A stretch of DNA of 64,000 nucleotides from Candidatus Omnitrophota bacterium (GTDB lineage Bacteria > Omnitrophota > Gorgyraeia > S143-82): the NCBI GenBank assembly GCA_015494465.1, contig WGBD01000006.1:10431-74430 (forward strand). Reading direction: 5' to 3'. The translations under genes and the position numbers were made by a program. Of this stretch, positions 47,671 to 57,153 are shown one piece after another; the first letter of the stretch is position 1, and the number at the start of each line of letters is the position of its first letter. The notes under the pieces were generated by a model. It was not told the DNA's origin, did not search any database, and worked only from the letters and a program-made list of their open reading frames with translations.

Positions 47671-48153
47671 TTAAAAAGGCAAATCGCTATCTTCGGTTGG
47701 TCCTGCATCGCTCAGTTCGTCCACCGCATTGACGAAGTCTTCGTCAAAACTCACATCGGAAAAGTCCACTTCTGCAGGCTCGCTCTCGGAGAACTCCTGA
47801 GTGGCCTGAGCTACGGGGCCTCTGGGCGAATCCAGGAAGTGAACCCTGTCTGCCCTGACTTCTACCACACTGCGCCTGGTCCCATCGGGTGCGTCCCAGG
47901 ACCTTGACTGAAGCCTGCCCTCGACCAAGACCCTCCTGCCCTTGGACAGGAACTGCGAGCACAATTCCGCCTGCTTGTTCCACACCACCACATTGACATA
48001 GCAGGTCTCGGTCTTCCTCTCTCCCGCCTTATCCCTGAACTGGGTATTGATCGCCAAACGCATCGTGGCCACCGGCGTCCCTGCAGGGGTATACCTCAAT
48101 TCAGGATTGCGGGTAAGATTGCCTATCAAAAAGACCTTATTAAAAGAGACCAT
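47671..48153 (-). CDS. ssb: Single-stranded DNA-binding protein
   Basis: NKVFLIGNLTRNPELRY, VEGRL, acidic tail ending DLPF. Confidence 0.97.
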   Translation of the reverse strand: MVSFNKVFLIGNLTRNPELRYTPAGTPVATMRLAINTQFRDKAGERKTETCYVNVVVWNKQAELCSQFLSKGRRVLVEGRLQSRSWDAPDGTRRSVVEVRADRVHFLDSPRGPVAQATQEFSESEPAEVDFSDVSFDEDFVNAVDELSDAGPTEDSDLPF

Positions 48154-48157
48154 GATC

Positions 48158-48487
48158 TCACCTCTTTTTGTCGTCCAACAGGAAAAACACGAACCGCAGT
48201 ATCCTGTCGTTTATCCGGAATGTATCCCTCAAACGATTAACCACTCCCGGGGGCAGTTTTGCCACGACCCTATAGTACATAGCTTCCGACTCGTGGTCTA
48301 TCTCGTAGGCCAGTCTCCTGCGTTTGTCCCATATCTCGTCCTCGAGGATCTCCCCACCGTTGCGGGATATGGTCTCTTTGATCTCCTCCACCACTGCCTC
48401 CGGGCCCACATCCTTGGCCCCGGCAGCGAGGTCCTGCTGACGGACCCTTAGACGGATCAAAAACATACCCTCGTACTTACGCTCCAT
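48158..48487 (-). CDS. rpsF: 30S ribosomal protein S6
   Basis: RKYE.MF, W..RRLAYEI, ILR; rpsF-ssb-rpsR-rplI order. Confidence 0.9.
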   Translation of the reverse strand: MERKYEGMFLIRLRVRQQDLAAGAKDVGPEAVVEEIKETISRNGGEILEDEIWDKRRRLAYEIDHESEAMYYRVVAKLPPGVVNRLRDTFRINDRILRFVFFLLDDKKR

Positions 48488-49070
48488 TTTCACCTCCAGC
48501 ATGCTTCATCACATAATTCGGATCGTTTACCTCAGACATCAGCTTTTGTGGATCCTCACCCGAGATCCACTTATCTATCGTGGCGAAGGCGGCTGATAAG
48601 TACAGACCCAAATCTGCCTTTTCCTCTTCCGAAAATTCGCTGAGCACATATTCTACCACATCCCCATCCCCAGGTCTACCTATCCCCATCCTGAGCCTCG
48701 GTATCTCCTCCGTCCCCAACGCAGAGATCACTGACTCAAGTCCCCTATGCCCCCCTGAAGATCCCCTCACGCGAAACCGCATCCTCATCCAGGGCAGGTC
48801 CATGTCGTCACAGACCAGCAAGATGTCCTGGGGCTTCACCTCCCGCCTAAAGCCCACGACCGCCTGCCCGGAATTGTTCATGTAGGTAAGGGGCAACAAA
48901 AAGTAAACCTCTCTATCCCTATCTACTGCCAGCGCAGACTTGGAAAAAAACCCCTTCTTCCACTTAAGACCCCGTCTCTTTGCGTATTCCTCCACCGTCA
49001 AAAAGCCGAGGTTGTGTCGGGTATAGCGGTACTTCTCCGGATAGTTCCCCAACCCGACTACCAGTTTCAC
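48477..49070 (-). CDS. pth: Peptidyl-tRNA hydrolase
   Basis: VGLGN, TRHN.GF, TYMNNSG, GGH.G, RLR.GIGRP. Confidence 0.96.
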   Translation of the reverse strand: MKLVVGLGNYPEKYRYTRHNLGFLTVEEYAKRRGLKWKKGFFSKSALAVDRDREVYFLLPLTYMNNSGQAVVGFRREVKPQDILLVCDDMDLPWMRMRFRVRGSSGGHRGLESVISALGTEEIPRLRMGIGRPGDGDVVEYVLSEFSEEEKADLGLYLSAAFATIDKWISGEDPQKLMSEVNDPNYVMKHAGGENGA

Positions 49071-49723
49071 TTGGCCTCGGATTCCTCCTTGCCCTTCTTT
49101 ATCACCTCGGGCTCGGCAGATACCTCTTCAGTTGCCTCGGTTTCCTGACCGCCTCCTGCGTATTCCAGGACGAATACGGCGGTATCCGGCGGATTGAGGA
49201 TCCTCACCCCTTCGGGAGGGGTGATGTCTGATACGTGTATAGAATCGCCTATATCCAGACCCGAGACATCCACCTCTATGGACTCGGGTATTGCGGTAGG
49301 TAAACACTCTACATCCAACTCCCAGACCATGTGCTCCAAGAGACCCCCCTTCTTCATGCCTACCGCCTCACCCACCGGCACGACCGGCACCCGCACATGG
49401 ATCTTTTCGGTAAGGGATATCTGGTGGAAATCCACATGAATCATCTCGTCGCTCACCGGGTGGTGGGCTATCTCCTGGACCAAGACCGTATAGGAGTTCT
49501 TGTTCCCGCTGGCGTCCTCCACCTCCATCTCTATTATCGTGTTCTCCCAATGGTGGGTATGGAGAAACTTCAAGAATTGGGAATAGGGAACATACACGGG
49601 AACCGACTCCTTGAGCCCTTTCCCGTAGATGACCCCGGGCAGGTTCCCCTGGGCCCGCAACTGCTTGAGGTAGGACTTCGTACTGATCGGCCTGACCTTT
49701 GCCTGCATACTGACTCTATCCAT
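49067..49723 (-). CDS. rplY: 50S ribosomal protein L25/Ctc
   Basis: LR..G..PGVIYG, HPV...IHVDF, Ctc C-terminal domain. Confidence 0.93.
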   Translation of the reverse strand: MDRVSMQAKVRPISTKSYLKQLRAQGNLPGVIYGKGLKESVPVYVPYSQFLKFLHTHHWENTIIEMEVEDASGNKNSYTVLVQEIAHHPVSDEMIHVDFHQISLTEKIHVRVPVVPVGEAVGMKKGGLLEHMVWELDVECLPTAIPESIEVDVSGLDIGDSIHVSDITPPEGVRILNPPDTAVFVLEYAGGGQETEATEEVSAEPEVIKKGKEESEAK

Positions 49724-49746
49724 CTCACATCCCTCCTTATCCTCTC

Positions 49747-50685
49747 TCACCTAACCACTTGATCGAACAGACAACTAATAGAGACCTCCCAATGTATCCT
49801 CTTTATCGCCTCGGCAAAGAGCGAGGCCACCGAGACGACCTTCAGCTTTGGATGCTCTTTCTGGGGGATCGTGTCGCTTACGAACAACATCTTTAGTTCC
49901 GACCTATCTATCTTCTCCAGGGCATCCTTGGCCAGTACCCCGTGGGTAACCATCGCGTATATGTCCTTGGCCCCCGCCTTCTTCAGCGCGGAAACCGCCT
50001 CTATCAAAGATCCCCCGGTTGCCACGATGTCGTCTATTATCACCAAATTCCGCCCCTTAACCTCACCCAGTATGTTCATCGCCTCGGTCTGATCGGGCGA
50101 GATCCTCCTCTTGTCCACTATTGCCAACCCGGCCCCCATCTTCTTGGCGTAGGCCCGGGCCATCTTTATCCCGCCCACATCCGGCGAGACCACCGTGAGG
50201 TCGGGTATATTCATCTCTTTTAAAAAACTAATAAATACATTAATTGCATACAGATTGTCAACCGGAATGTCGAAAAATCCCTGTATCTGGCCTGCGTGGA
50301 GGTCCATAGTGAGGACCCTATCCGCCCCGGCAGTGGTCAGGAGATTGGCCACCAACTTGGCGGTGATAGGTACCCGAGGCTGGTCCTTTCGGTCCTGCCG
50401 GGCATAGCCGTAATAGGGCATCACCGCGGTGATGCGCTTTGCAGAGGCCCGCTTTAAGGCGTCTATCATTATCAGAAGTTCCATGAGGTTGTCGTTGGCA
50501 GGCGGGCAGGTGGGCTGGATGACGAAGACATCCTTACCCCGCACATTCTCGTTTATCTTGACCCTTATCTCTCCATCGCTGAACCGCCCCACCAGCGCAT
50601 CCCCCAACGGTATCCCTAGATAACCACAGATATCCTCGGCCAGTTTGCGATGAGCGTTCCCGGTAAAAACCGAAAGCTTATCCAT
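49747..50685 (-). CDS. prs: Ribose-phosphate pyrophosphokinase
   Basis: FSDGE, PYYGYARQDRK, DLHA.QIQGFF, IDDIVATGGS. Confidence 0.98.
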   Translation of the reverse strand: MDKLSVFTGNAHRKLAEDICGYLGIPLGDALVGRFSDGEIRVKINENVRGKDVFVIQPTCPPANDNLMELLIMIDALKRASAKRITAVMPYYGYARQDRKDQPRVPITAKLVANLLTTAGADRVLTMDLHAGQIQGFFDIPVDNLYAINVFISFLKEMNIPDLTVVSPDVGGIKMARAYAKKMGAGLAIVDKRRISPDQTEAMNILGEVKGRNLVIIDDIVATGGSLIEAVSALKKAGAKDIYAMVTHGVLAKDALEKIDRSELKMLFVSDTIPQKEHPKLKVVSVASLFAEAIKRIHWEVSISCLFDQVVR

Positions 50686-51925
50686 CTCTCAACTCCTTCG
50701 CTGGAACACCAACCACCACCGCACCATCCCTGACATCGTGGCCCTTGGTAACCACTGCTCCTGCACCAACGACCGCCCTCTTGCCTATCCTAACCGGGGC
50801 TATGAGTATCGCCCCGCTGCCTATGAAGGCAGAACTTCCTATCGTCGTGCGATGCTTCCGTTTGCCGTCGTAATTGGCGGTAATAGTTCCCGCACCGATG
50901 TTGGTAAACCTACCTACCCGGGTATCCCCCAGATAGGTAAGGTGCTTGGCATACACCCGCTCCTCAAGTAGCGATCGGTTCACCTCAACGAAGTTTCCTA
51001 TTATACAATTGTCCTTTATCACCGTGCCACTGCGGATGTGGGCAAAGGGCCCTATCTGGCAGCTCTTCCCGATCTTAACACCCCTGCGGATAACCGTAAA
51101 CGGGAATATCTCCGTATCCCTGCCGATCTTGACATCCACCTCGATCCACACCGTCTCGGGCATGTGGATCGTTATACCCTTATCCATCAGGGACTCCACT
51201 ATCCTGCGCCGGGCTATAGACTCCACGACAGCCAGCTCCTTGCGGGAGTTTATCCCTAGGGCCTCATCCTCGTCGCAAAATACCGGCACCAAGGATGTCC
51301 CCTTGCGGTGCAGGTAAGAGACCACATCCGTCAGATAAAGTTCTTGCTGACGATTGTTGGCTTTGAGGGACTTCACCGCCTCCCTCAAAAGATCGGTCCT
51401 TATCACATAGACGCCGGTGTTTATCACCCCCGGATCCGGCCTCCGCCCGAGGTCTGACTTCTCAACTATCTCCACCACCACGCCACCCTCTATCCACACC
51501 CGACCGTAGGAGCCCGCATCCTGCGTCCTTGCCACCAACACCGCACCCGTACCCCGTTTAAGCCCGGCGCGGATCAACCTCCGCACCGAAGAAAGTCTGA
51601 CCAACGGCATGTCCCCGCACAGGATAAGGGCCCAATCCCCCTCTGCGCGGGCAATGGCCCGCTTCACCGCCCCGCCGGTGCCGTCCAGTCTCTCCTGCAC
51701 CACCGTCTTTACCTCATAGCCATTGGCGGAGATCGCCCTTTCCACCTCCTCCGCCTTGTGCCCCACCACCACTACGATGTCCTCGCCCACCCCCCGGGCG
51801 ACATCCAGAACCCAAAACAGAGACGGCTTGCCCAATACCGTGTGCAGGACCTTTGGCAGGGAAGAACGCATCCTCTTGCCCTTACCCGCCGAGAGGACTA
51901 TAGAGGTCAACCTAATCCCCTTCAT
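50678..51925 (-). CDS. glmU: Bifunctional GlmU (compact form)
   Basis: LSAGKGKRM.S..PKVLH, GTG, CGD.P, E.YLTD; HLTYLGD, NIGAGTITANYDG. Confidence 0.92.
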   Translation of the reverse strand: MKGIRLTSIVLSAGKGKRMRSSLPKVLHTVLGKPSLFWVLDVARGVGEDIVVVVGHKAEEVERAISANGYEVKTVVQERLDGTGGAVKRAIARAEGDWALILCGDMPLVRLSSVRRLIRAGLKRGTGAVLVARTQDAGSYGRVWIEGGVVVEIVEKSDLGRRPDPGVINTGVYVIRTDLLREAVKSLKANNRQQELYLTDVVSYLHRKGTSLVPVFCDEDEALGINSRKELAVVESIARRRIVESLMDKGITIHMPETVWIEVDVKIGRDTEIFPFTVIRRGVKIGKSCQIGPFAHIRSGTVIKDNCIIGNFVEVNRSLLEERVYAKHLTYLGDTRVGRFTNIGAGTITANYDGKRKHRTTIGSSAFIGSGAILIAPVRIGKRAVVGAGAVVTKGHDVRDGAVVVGVPAKELRDG

Positions 51926-51926
51926 C

Positions 51927-53117
51927 CTAGATCAGGTCCTCCCGATGCTCCTGTACGATGTGCATGTCCTTATCCCCCCGACCGGAAAGGCACAAAACTA
52001 CCGTTTTATCCCTATCCAGTTTCCTACGCAGGCGGGAAAGATACGCCACCGCGTGGGCAGACTCCATAGCGGGGATTATCCCCTCCAACTGGGAGAGGAG
52101 TTTCAACCCCTTTAGGGCAGATCTATCGTCAACCGCCACATACCTCGCCCGCCCGCTTGCCTTGTAAAAGGCGTGCTCCGGCCCAACCCCCGGATAATCC
52201 AAGCCAGCAGCAATGGAATGGGCGTTCACCACCTGCCCGTCCTCGTCCTGCAGGAGCATAGTCATCGCCCCGTGCAGGACCCCTTTCTTACCCCTGCAGA
52301 GACTGGCAGAGTGCTTTCCAAGACCAAACCCCTCGCCCTTGGCCTCCACACCGATCATCTCCACCGACCTGAGCCGATAGAACGGATAAAACAGGCCCAT
52401 CGCGTTGCTCCCCCCACCAACGCAGGCGATAAGCAGGTCCGGATAGGGCCTGCCCGTCATCTTCTTGAACTGGCGCCTGACCTCCTCCCCGATCACCGAC
52501 TGAAAGTCCCGCACCATCATTGGATAGGGATGGGGCCCCACCACCGAACCTATTATGTAAAAGGTATCCCGGACATTGCTCACCCAGTCCCGAATCGCCT
52601 GGGAAGTGGCCTCCTTCAAGGTTCTCGCTCCGGTCTTCACCGGGACCACCTCTGCTCCCAACAGGCGCATCCTCAAGACATTCAACTCCTGCCTGCGCAT
52701 GTCCTCCTCGCCCATGTAGACCACGCACTTCATCCCGAATCTGGCGCAGACCGTCGCAGTCGCCACCCCGTGCTGGCCAGCGCCGGTCTCGGCGATGATA
52801 CGCCTCTTTCCCATACGCCGGGCGAGCAGGATCTGTCCCAAGGTATTGTTTATCTTGTGGGCACCGGTGTGGAGGAGGTCCTCCCGCTTGAGATAGACCC
52901 GAAACCCGAGGTAATCGCTAAGCCTCTCTGCAAAGTAGAGGGGCGTGGGCCTGCCTGCGTACCGAGAGAGGTAGTAGAGGAGTTCCTTCCTGAATTCCGG
53001 ATCCCGTCTTGCCTCCTTATAGGCCCTTTCCAACTCCAGAAGGGCGGGGATCAAGGTCTCCGGGACGAACCTACCGCCAAATTCTCCGTAATATCCTCGG
53101 GAATCCGGAACTCTCAT
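51927..53117 (-). CDS. trpB: Tryptophan synthase beta chain
   Basis: [15 protein letters not shown] (PLP Lys), [33 protein letters not shown]. Confidence 0.97.
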   Translation of the reverse strand: MRVPDSRGYYGEFGGRFVPETLIPALLELERAYKEARRDPEFRKELLYYLSRYAGRPTPLYFAERLSDYLGFRVYLKREDLLHTGAHKINNTLGQILLARRMGKRRIIAETGAGQHGVATATVCARFGMKCVVYMGEEDMRRQELNVLRMRLLGAEVVPVKTGARTLKEATSQAIRDWVSNVRDTFYIIGSVVGPHPYPMMVRDFQSVIGEEVRRQFKKMTGRPYPDLLIACVGGGSNAMGLFYPFYRLRSVEMIGVEAKGEGFGLGKHSASLCRGKKGVLHGAMTMLLQDEDGQVVNAHSIAAGLDYPGVGPEHAFYKASGRARYVAVDDRSALKGLKLLSQLEGIIPAMESAHAVAYLSRLRRKLDRDKTVVLCLSGRGDKDMHIVQEHREDLI

Positions 53118-53959
53118 CTCCTGCTCTTCAGGTACTGATCTCCACACCTGCGAGCCAAGGAACGGATCTGGGCGATAAGATTCGCCCTCTCGCTAACGCT
53201 TACCGCTCCCTTGGCGTCGAGGAGGTTAAAGGTGTGCGAACACTTCAGCATAAACTCGTACGCGGGATAGAACAGATCCCTTTCCAGCAGGCGCTCCGCC
53301 TCGGATGCGTATGTCCGATAAAGATTCCACAGAGCCTCGGTATTGCTCTCCTCAAAGTTGTAGGTGCAAAACTGCCTTTCCTCCTCCTGATGGAGGTCCG
53401 CATAGGTCACATCCTGATTCCAGTCCAGTTCAAAGGCATTCTCCTTGCCGGTGATGAACATCGCTATCCGCTCCAGACCGTAGGTTATCTCGGCGGATAT
53501 AGGGCTCAAACTCACGCCAGCCACCTGCTGGAAGTAGGTAAACTGCGTCACCTCGAGGGTATCGAGCCACACCTCCCAACCCAAGCCAGTAGCCCCCAAG
53601 GTAGGAGATTCCCAATCGTCGTGAACGAACCTCAAGTCGTGCTCACCCAGATCTATTCCCACATAAAGCAGGCTCTTTTTGTAAACCTCCTGCACATCGT
53701 AGGGGGCCGGCTTCAGTATCACCTGATACTGATAATACTTCTGAGTCCGCAAGGGGTTCACCGCATACCTGCCGTCGGTGGGCCTGCGGGAAGGCTGGAC
53801 ATAGGCCACCTTCCAGGGATCGGGCCCAAGACAGCGGAAGAAGGTCAAGGGGTGGAATGTCCCTGCCCCAACCTCGACATCAAACGGCTGGGCGATAACA
53901 CAACCGTAATCGCTCCAGAACTCGTTCAACTTGTGTATAAGATCCTGAAAGTAGACCAT
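53114..53959 (-). CDS. glyQ: Glycine-tRNA ligase alpha subunit
   Basis: Start MVYFQD; [36 protein letters not shown]. Confidence 0.96.
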   Translation of the reverse strand: MVYFQDLIHKLNEFWSDYGCVIAQPFDVEVGAGTFHPLTFFRCLGPDPWKVAYVQPSRRPTDGRYAVNPLRTQKYYQYQVILKPAPYDVQEVYKKSLLYVGIDLGEHDLRFVHDDWESPTLGATGLGWEVWLDTLEVTQFTYFQQVAGVSLSPISAEITYGLERIAMFITGKENAFELDWNQDVTYADLHQEEERQFCTYNFEESNTEALWNLYRTYASEAERLLERDLFYPAYEFMLKCSHTFNLLDAKGAVSVSERANLIAQIRSLARRCGDQYLKSRR

Positions 53960-53961
53960 CC

Positions 53962-54717
53962 TCACAGGGCCGACTTGACTATCTCCGCGAAGGCATCCGC
54001 CTTGAGGCTTGCCCCACCCACCAAGGCACCGTCTATGTCCTCTTGGGACAACAGGTCCCTGGCATTGTCCGGCTTCACGCTCCCGCCGTACTGGATACGC
54101 AGGGCATCTGCCAACGAATCCCCAAACTTTTCCCTGAACCAACCTCGGATGAAGGCGTGGACCTCCTGGGCCTGTTGGGGAGTCGCCGTCCTTCCGGTGC
54201 CGATCGCCCAAACCGGCTCGTAGGCGATTATTATCCTCCCCGCCTCCTCCGGGGAGAGATCTCCGAGGCCGTTGTCCAACTGGGCCCTTACCACCTCAAA
54301 GGTCCGATTGGCCTCCCTCTCCTCCAACTTCTCACCCACGCAAACGATAGGAGTAAGGCCTGCTCTTATTGCGGACTTCACCTTCTTGTTCACCCACTCG
54401 TCCGTCTCACAGAAGTACTGCCGTCTCTCCGAATGGCCAATTATAACGAATTCTGCACCCACATCCTTCAGCATCCAGGCAGATACCTCTCCGGTGAACG
54501 CACCCTTCTCCTCCCAGAAACAGTCCTGGGCGCCCAGTTTAATGTTGCTACCGCCCAGTTCAGAGGCAACCGCGTAAAGGCTAGTGTAGACCGGACAGAC
54601 CACTATCTCCACCTCTTTTACATCCGCCACCAACGGTTTGAGGGCCCTTACCAAGGCAAGCGATTCCGACACCAAGTTATGCATCTTCCAATTACCAGCA
54701 ATGACCTTCTTCCTCAT
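53962..54717 (-). CDS. tpiA: Triosephosphate isomerase
   Basis: AGNWKMH, GHSERR, AYEPVWAIGTG, YGGSV, LVGGASL. Confidence 0.98.
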   Translation of the reverse strand: MRKKVIAGNWKMHNLVSESLALVRALKPLVADVKEVEIVVCPVYTSLYAVASELGGSNIKLGAQDCFWEEKGAFTGEVSAWMLKDVGAEFVIIGHSERRQYFCETDEWVNKKVKSAIRAGLTPIVCVGEKLEEREANRTFEVVRAQLDNGLGDLSPEEAGRIIIAYEPVWAIGTGRTATPQQAQEVHAFIRGWFREKFGDSLADALRIQYGGSVKPDNARDLLSQEDIDGALVGGASLKADAFAEIVKSAL

Positions 54718-54797
54718 CCCTGCGCCTCCTTAAAGTAAGGTATCGCATCGAGGACCTTCAATTTGGGAGTGCCCATTCTAAACACACCAAGGTGAAA

Positions 54798-54828
54798 ATT
54801 ATACCACCTAACCCAACCCAATTCACAA
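54798..54828 (-). promoter_or_regulatory. Extended -10 promoter for the tpiA-glyQ-trpB block
   Basis: TGgTATAAT (TATAAT at 54803-54798); TTGTGA 19 nt upstream. Confidence 0.55.
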
Positions 54829-54844
54829 AAAATCTTTACGAGTA

Positions 54845-54877
54845 CGAGACAGATTCTTTCTGGAAGATTTTGTCTCA
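54845..54877. repeat. Palindromic repeat copy 1 (core inverted)
   Basis: GAGACAGATTCTTTCTGGAAGATTTTGTCTC at 54846-54876; overlaps the thioesterase TGA stop (54875-54877). Confidence 0.85.
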
Positions 54878-55270
54878 CAAGGTGAGGGTGTGGGTCAGCC
54901 AATCGGGGAGGCGCAGGACCTTTCCCCGGGCATCGGTAAAGACATGGCGGGTGAACCCCACTGCGTTCAGGGTGGATCTGGTGCGCATCTCGTAATCAAA
55001 TTCCAAGTAAAGACCTTTCACCACCCTTGGGATAAGGGAAACATCCACCTCTTGGGGATACCTCACCGGCACCTTGTAGTGGCAGGAGACATCCAACACG
55101 GGAAGAAAGTAGCCCTCCTTCTCCAGATCCGCATAAGTGCGTCCGCACACCTGCTCAAACCACTCGGTCCGGGCAACCTCCATCCAGACCAGATAATTGG
55201 CGTAATACACCACACCCATCTGGTCGGTCTCGGCATAGCGGACCTTTAATCTGGTCTTGAACTCCTGCAT
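54875..55270 (-). CDS. Acyl-CoA thioesterase, YbgC/4HBT family
   Basis: VRYAETDQMGVVYYANYLVWMEVARTE. Confidence 0.9.
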   Translation of the reverse strand: MQEFKTRLKVRYAETDQMGVVYYANYLVWMEVARTEWFEQVCGRTYADLEKEGYFLPVLDVSCHYKVPVRYPQEVDVSLIPRVVKGLYLEFDYEMRTRSTLNAVGFTRHVFTDARGKVLRLPDWLTHTLTL

Positions 55271-55275
55271 ACTGC

Positions 55276-56091
55276 CTAAAAGACCTCTAACACCCTACCG
55301 CTGAAGACCTTCCGCACATCCCCTTCTAAAAAGACCTCTTCTACCTCTCCCTTATCGGAGAACTTCACCTCCACCCCCAAGACCTCTCCTCCTTGCGTCT
55401 GGACATCCACCCGACTGGATTCCTTTACTCCCATCGCCATAAGCGAAAGCAAGGCCGAGGCCACCGACCCGGTCCCGCAGGCGAGGGTTTCGTTCTCAAC
55501 GCCCCTTTCGTAGGTGCGTATGCGGATCTTATCCTTATCCAACACCTTTACGAAGTCCACATTCGTCCCTTTGGGGGCAAAGTAGCCGTGATACCTTATC
55601 TCTCGGCCCATCCCAAAGACATCTATGTTATCGATGTCGTCGACGAACAGTATCGTATGGGGCACTCCCGTATCTACATAATCCACCGTGCACTTTCCCC
55701 AGGAGCAGTCCAGCAATATACCTCTTGCCAGATCCTTGGGTCGGGTCAGGCGCACCTTCGCCCGTTTGCTCTCCGGGAAATACCAGCCCAACACCTCCCC
55801 CGCAAGGGTCTCCAGCAGGATGAATTCCTTACCCAACCTCTCAGAGGCAAACCTCACCGCGCACCGGGCGCCATTCCCGCACATCTCGGCCTCGCTCCCG
55901 TCGGAGTTTACAATCCTCATCCGCACCCGATCTTCCCCGAGGAAACTCAACAGCAACACCCCATCCGCCCCTACTCCGTACTTGGGAGTGCACAGCCTGA
56001 CCACATCCTCAGATGTGATAGGCCTGTCCAACTCCTCTTCCACCAATAGGACGAAGTCGTTGCCCGAGGCCACCATCTTGGTGAACTCCAT
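55276..56091 (-). CDS. dapF: Diaminopimelate epimerase
   Basis: GNDF, GVGADG, EMCGNG.RC, TGVPH, RTYERGVENETLACGTG. Confidence 0.96.
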   Translation of the reverse strand: MEFTKMVASGNDFVLLVEEELDRPITSEDVVRLCTPKYGVGADGVLLLSFLGEDRVRMRIVNSDGSEAEMCGNGARCAVRFASERLGKEFILLETLAGEVLGWYFPESKRAKVRLTRPKDLARGILLDCSWGKCTVDYVDTGVPHTILFVDDIDNIDVFGMGREIRYHGYFAPKGTNVDFVKVLDKDKIRIRTYERGVENETLACGTGSVASALLSLMAMGVKESSRVDVQTQGGEVLGVEVKFSDKGEVEEVFLEGDVRKVFSGRVLEVF

Positions 56092-56094
56092 CGT

Positions 56095-56868
56095 CTACTC
56101 CTCCAAATCCTTCAATATCAATTCCGCAACCCGCCTTCCCGAAAGGTACATCGAACCAAAGGTGGGCCCCATTCTCGGCAAGCCATAAACCGCGCTCACC
56201 GACATCCCGCATACATACAACCCGGGGAAGACCTTTCCGGTCTTCTCCACTACCCTGTCCTCGGAGGCCACGATGTGCATCGCCCCTTCCCCGACTATCT
56301 TTACCAATCCACGCTTCTCGAGGGTGGACACCACACTCGCATCGTGCCCGGTCCCATCCACCACCGCCTTCGCCTCGAGGACGATAGGATCCAGGGTACG
56401 CATAGGCCGAGGAAGGTACTGGATCGGGCTCCAGTTTATCACCACACCAGAAACGACCCCATCTTTCAAAACCACATCCTCACAGTAGGTCAGGTTCAAT
56501 ATCTTTACCCCTTGGGATATGGCCTTTGATATGAGGCTTGCGCACACATATTGGGCATCCGCCACGAAAAGCCCGGGCTGGACCTCGTCCACCTCTATCT
56601 CCATCTCGCGCAAGACCTCATCCCCCGGAGCCCGGATGGTCAACTGATTCATCATGTATCCCCCGGACCAGGCACCTCCCCCAGGCGCGTTGTTCCGTTC
56701 AACCACGACCACCTTTTTACCCGCCTTGGCAAGGTAGTAACCGGCCACCAAACCCGAGGGACCTCCCCCTACTATCACCACATCGGAAACTATCGCGGAT
56801 CTCAAGAACTCGTAAAACCTATCGACGATAGCCAAAGACACTTCCTTCTCTCCATAAGAGACAAACAT
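56095..56868 (-). CDS. thi4: THI4-family thiazole synthase (FAD/NAD-binding fold)
   Basis: DVVIVGGGPSGL, GGG.W.GG, GVVINW, LDP, DGTGHD, PRMGPTFGSM.LSG. Confidence 0.9.
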   Translation of the reverse strand: MFVSYGEKEVSLAIVDRFYEFLRSAIVSDVVIVGGGPSGLVAGYYLAKAGKKVVVVERNNAPGGGAWSGGYMMNQLTIRAPGDEVLREMEIEVDEVQPGLFVADAQYVCASLISKAISQGVKILNLTYCEDVVLKDGVVSGVVINWSPIQYLPRPMRTLDPIVLEAKAVVDGTGHDASVVSTLEKRGLVKIVGEGAMHIVASEDRVVEKTGKVFPGLYVCGMSVSAVYGLPRMGPTFGSMYLSGRRVAELILKDLEE

Positions 56869-56886
56869 CTCTATCCTCCCCTAACA

Positions 56887-57153
56887 TCATCCAAAACTGT
56901 ACACCTTCCTAACCGGCTCCAATACCTTCCACCGGCACTTAAGCCCCTTGGGGAAGGTCACCAGGTCTCCTTTTCCTATCTCCACATTCCCCTCGTCGGT
57001 CTCAACTATAACCTTCCCCTCGTAGAAGTAGCAGGTCTCGGCCTCGTCGTAAGTCCAGTCGAACTCTGACACCGGACAGGTCCAGGTGGGCCAGGACTCC
57101 ACTCCAAGTTTCTTCAGTTCCTCTTCGGTTGGTTTGCGCACCTCTATCTTCAT
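56887..57153 (-). CDS. Small cupin (Cupin_3/DUF861-like)
   Basis: WPTW...S.FDW.YD..ETCY..EG.V, GDLV.FPKG..C.W. Confidence 0.85.
   Translation of the reverse strand: MKIEVRKPTEEELKKLGVESWPTWTCPVSEFDWTYDEAETCYFYEGKVIVETDEGNVEIGKGDLVTFPKGLKCRWKVLEPVRKVYSFG

Noticed and set aside
53960-54211. 84-aa N-terminal extension of GlyQ in the ORF track
   Set aside because: It overlaps tpiA out of frame; homology starts at MVYFQD (53959). Similar spurious extensions were trimmed for ispH, lptD, tal, bamA, trpB and others.
56869-56886. TPP riboswitch upstream of thi4 or thiL
   Set aside because: There is no room (18 nt before thi4; thiL overlaps lptD) and no motif.
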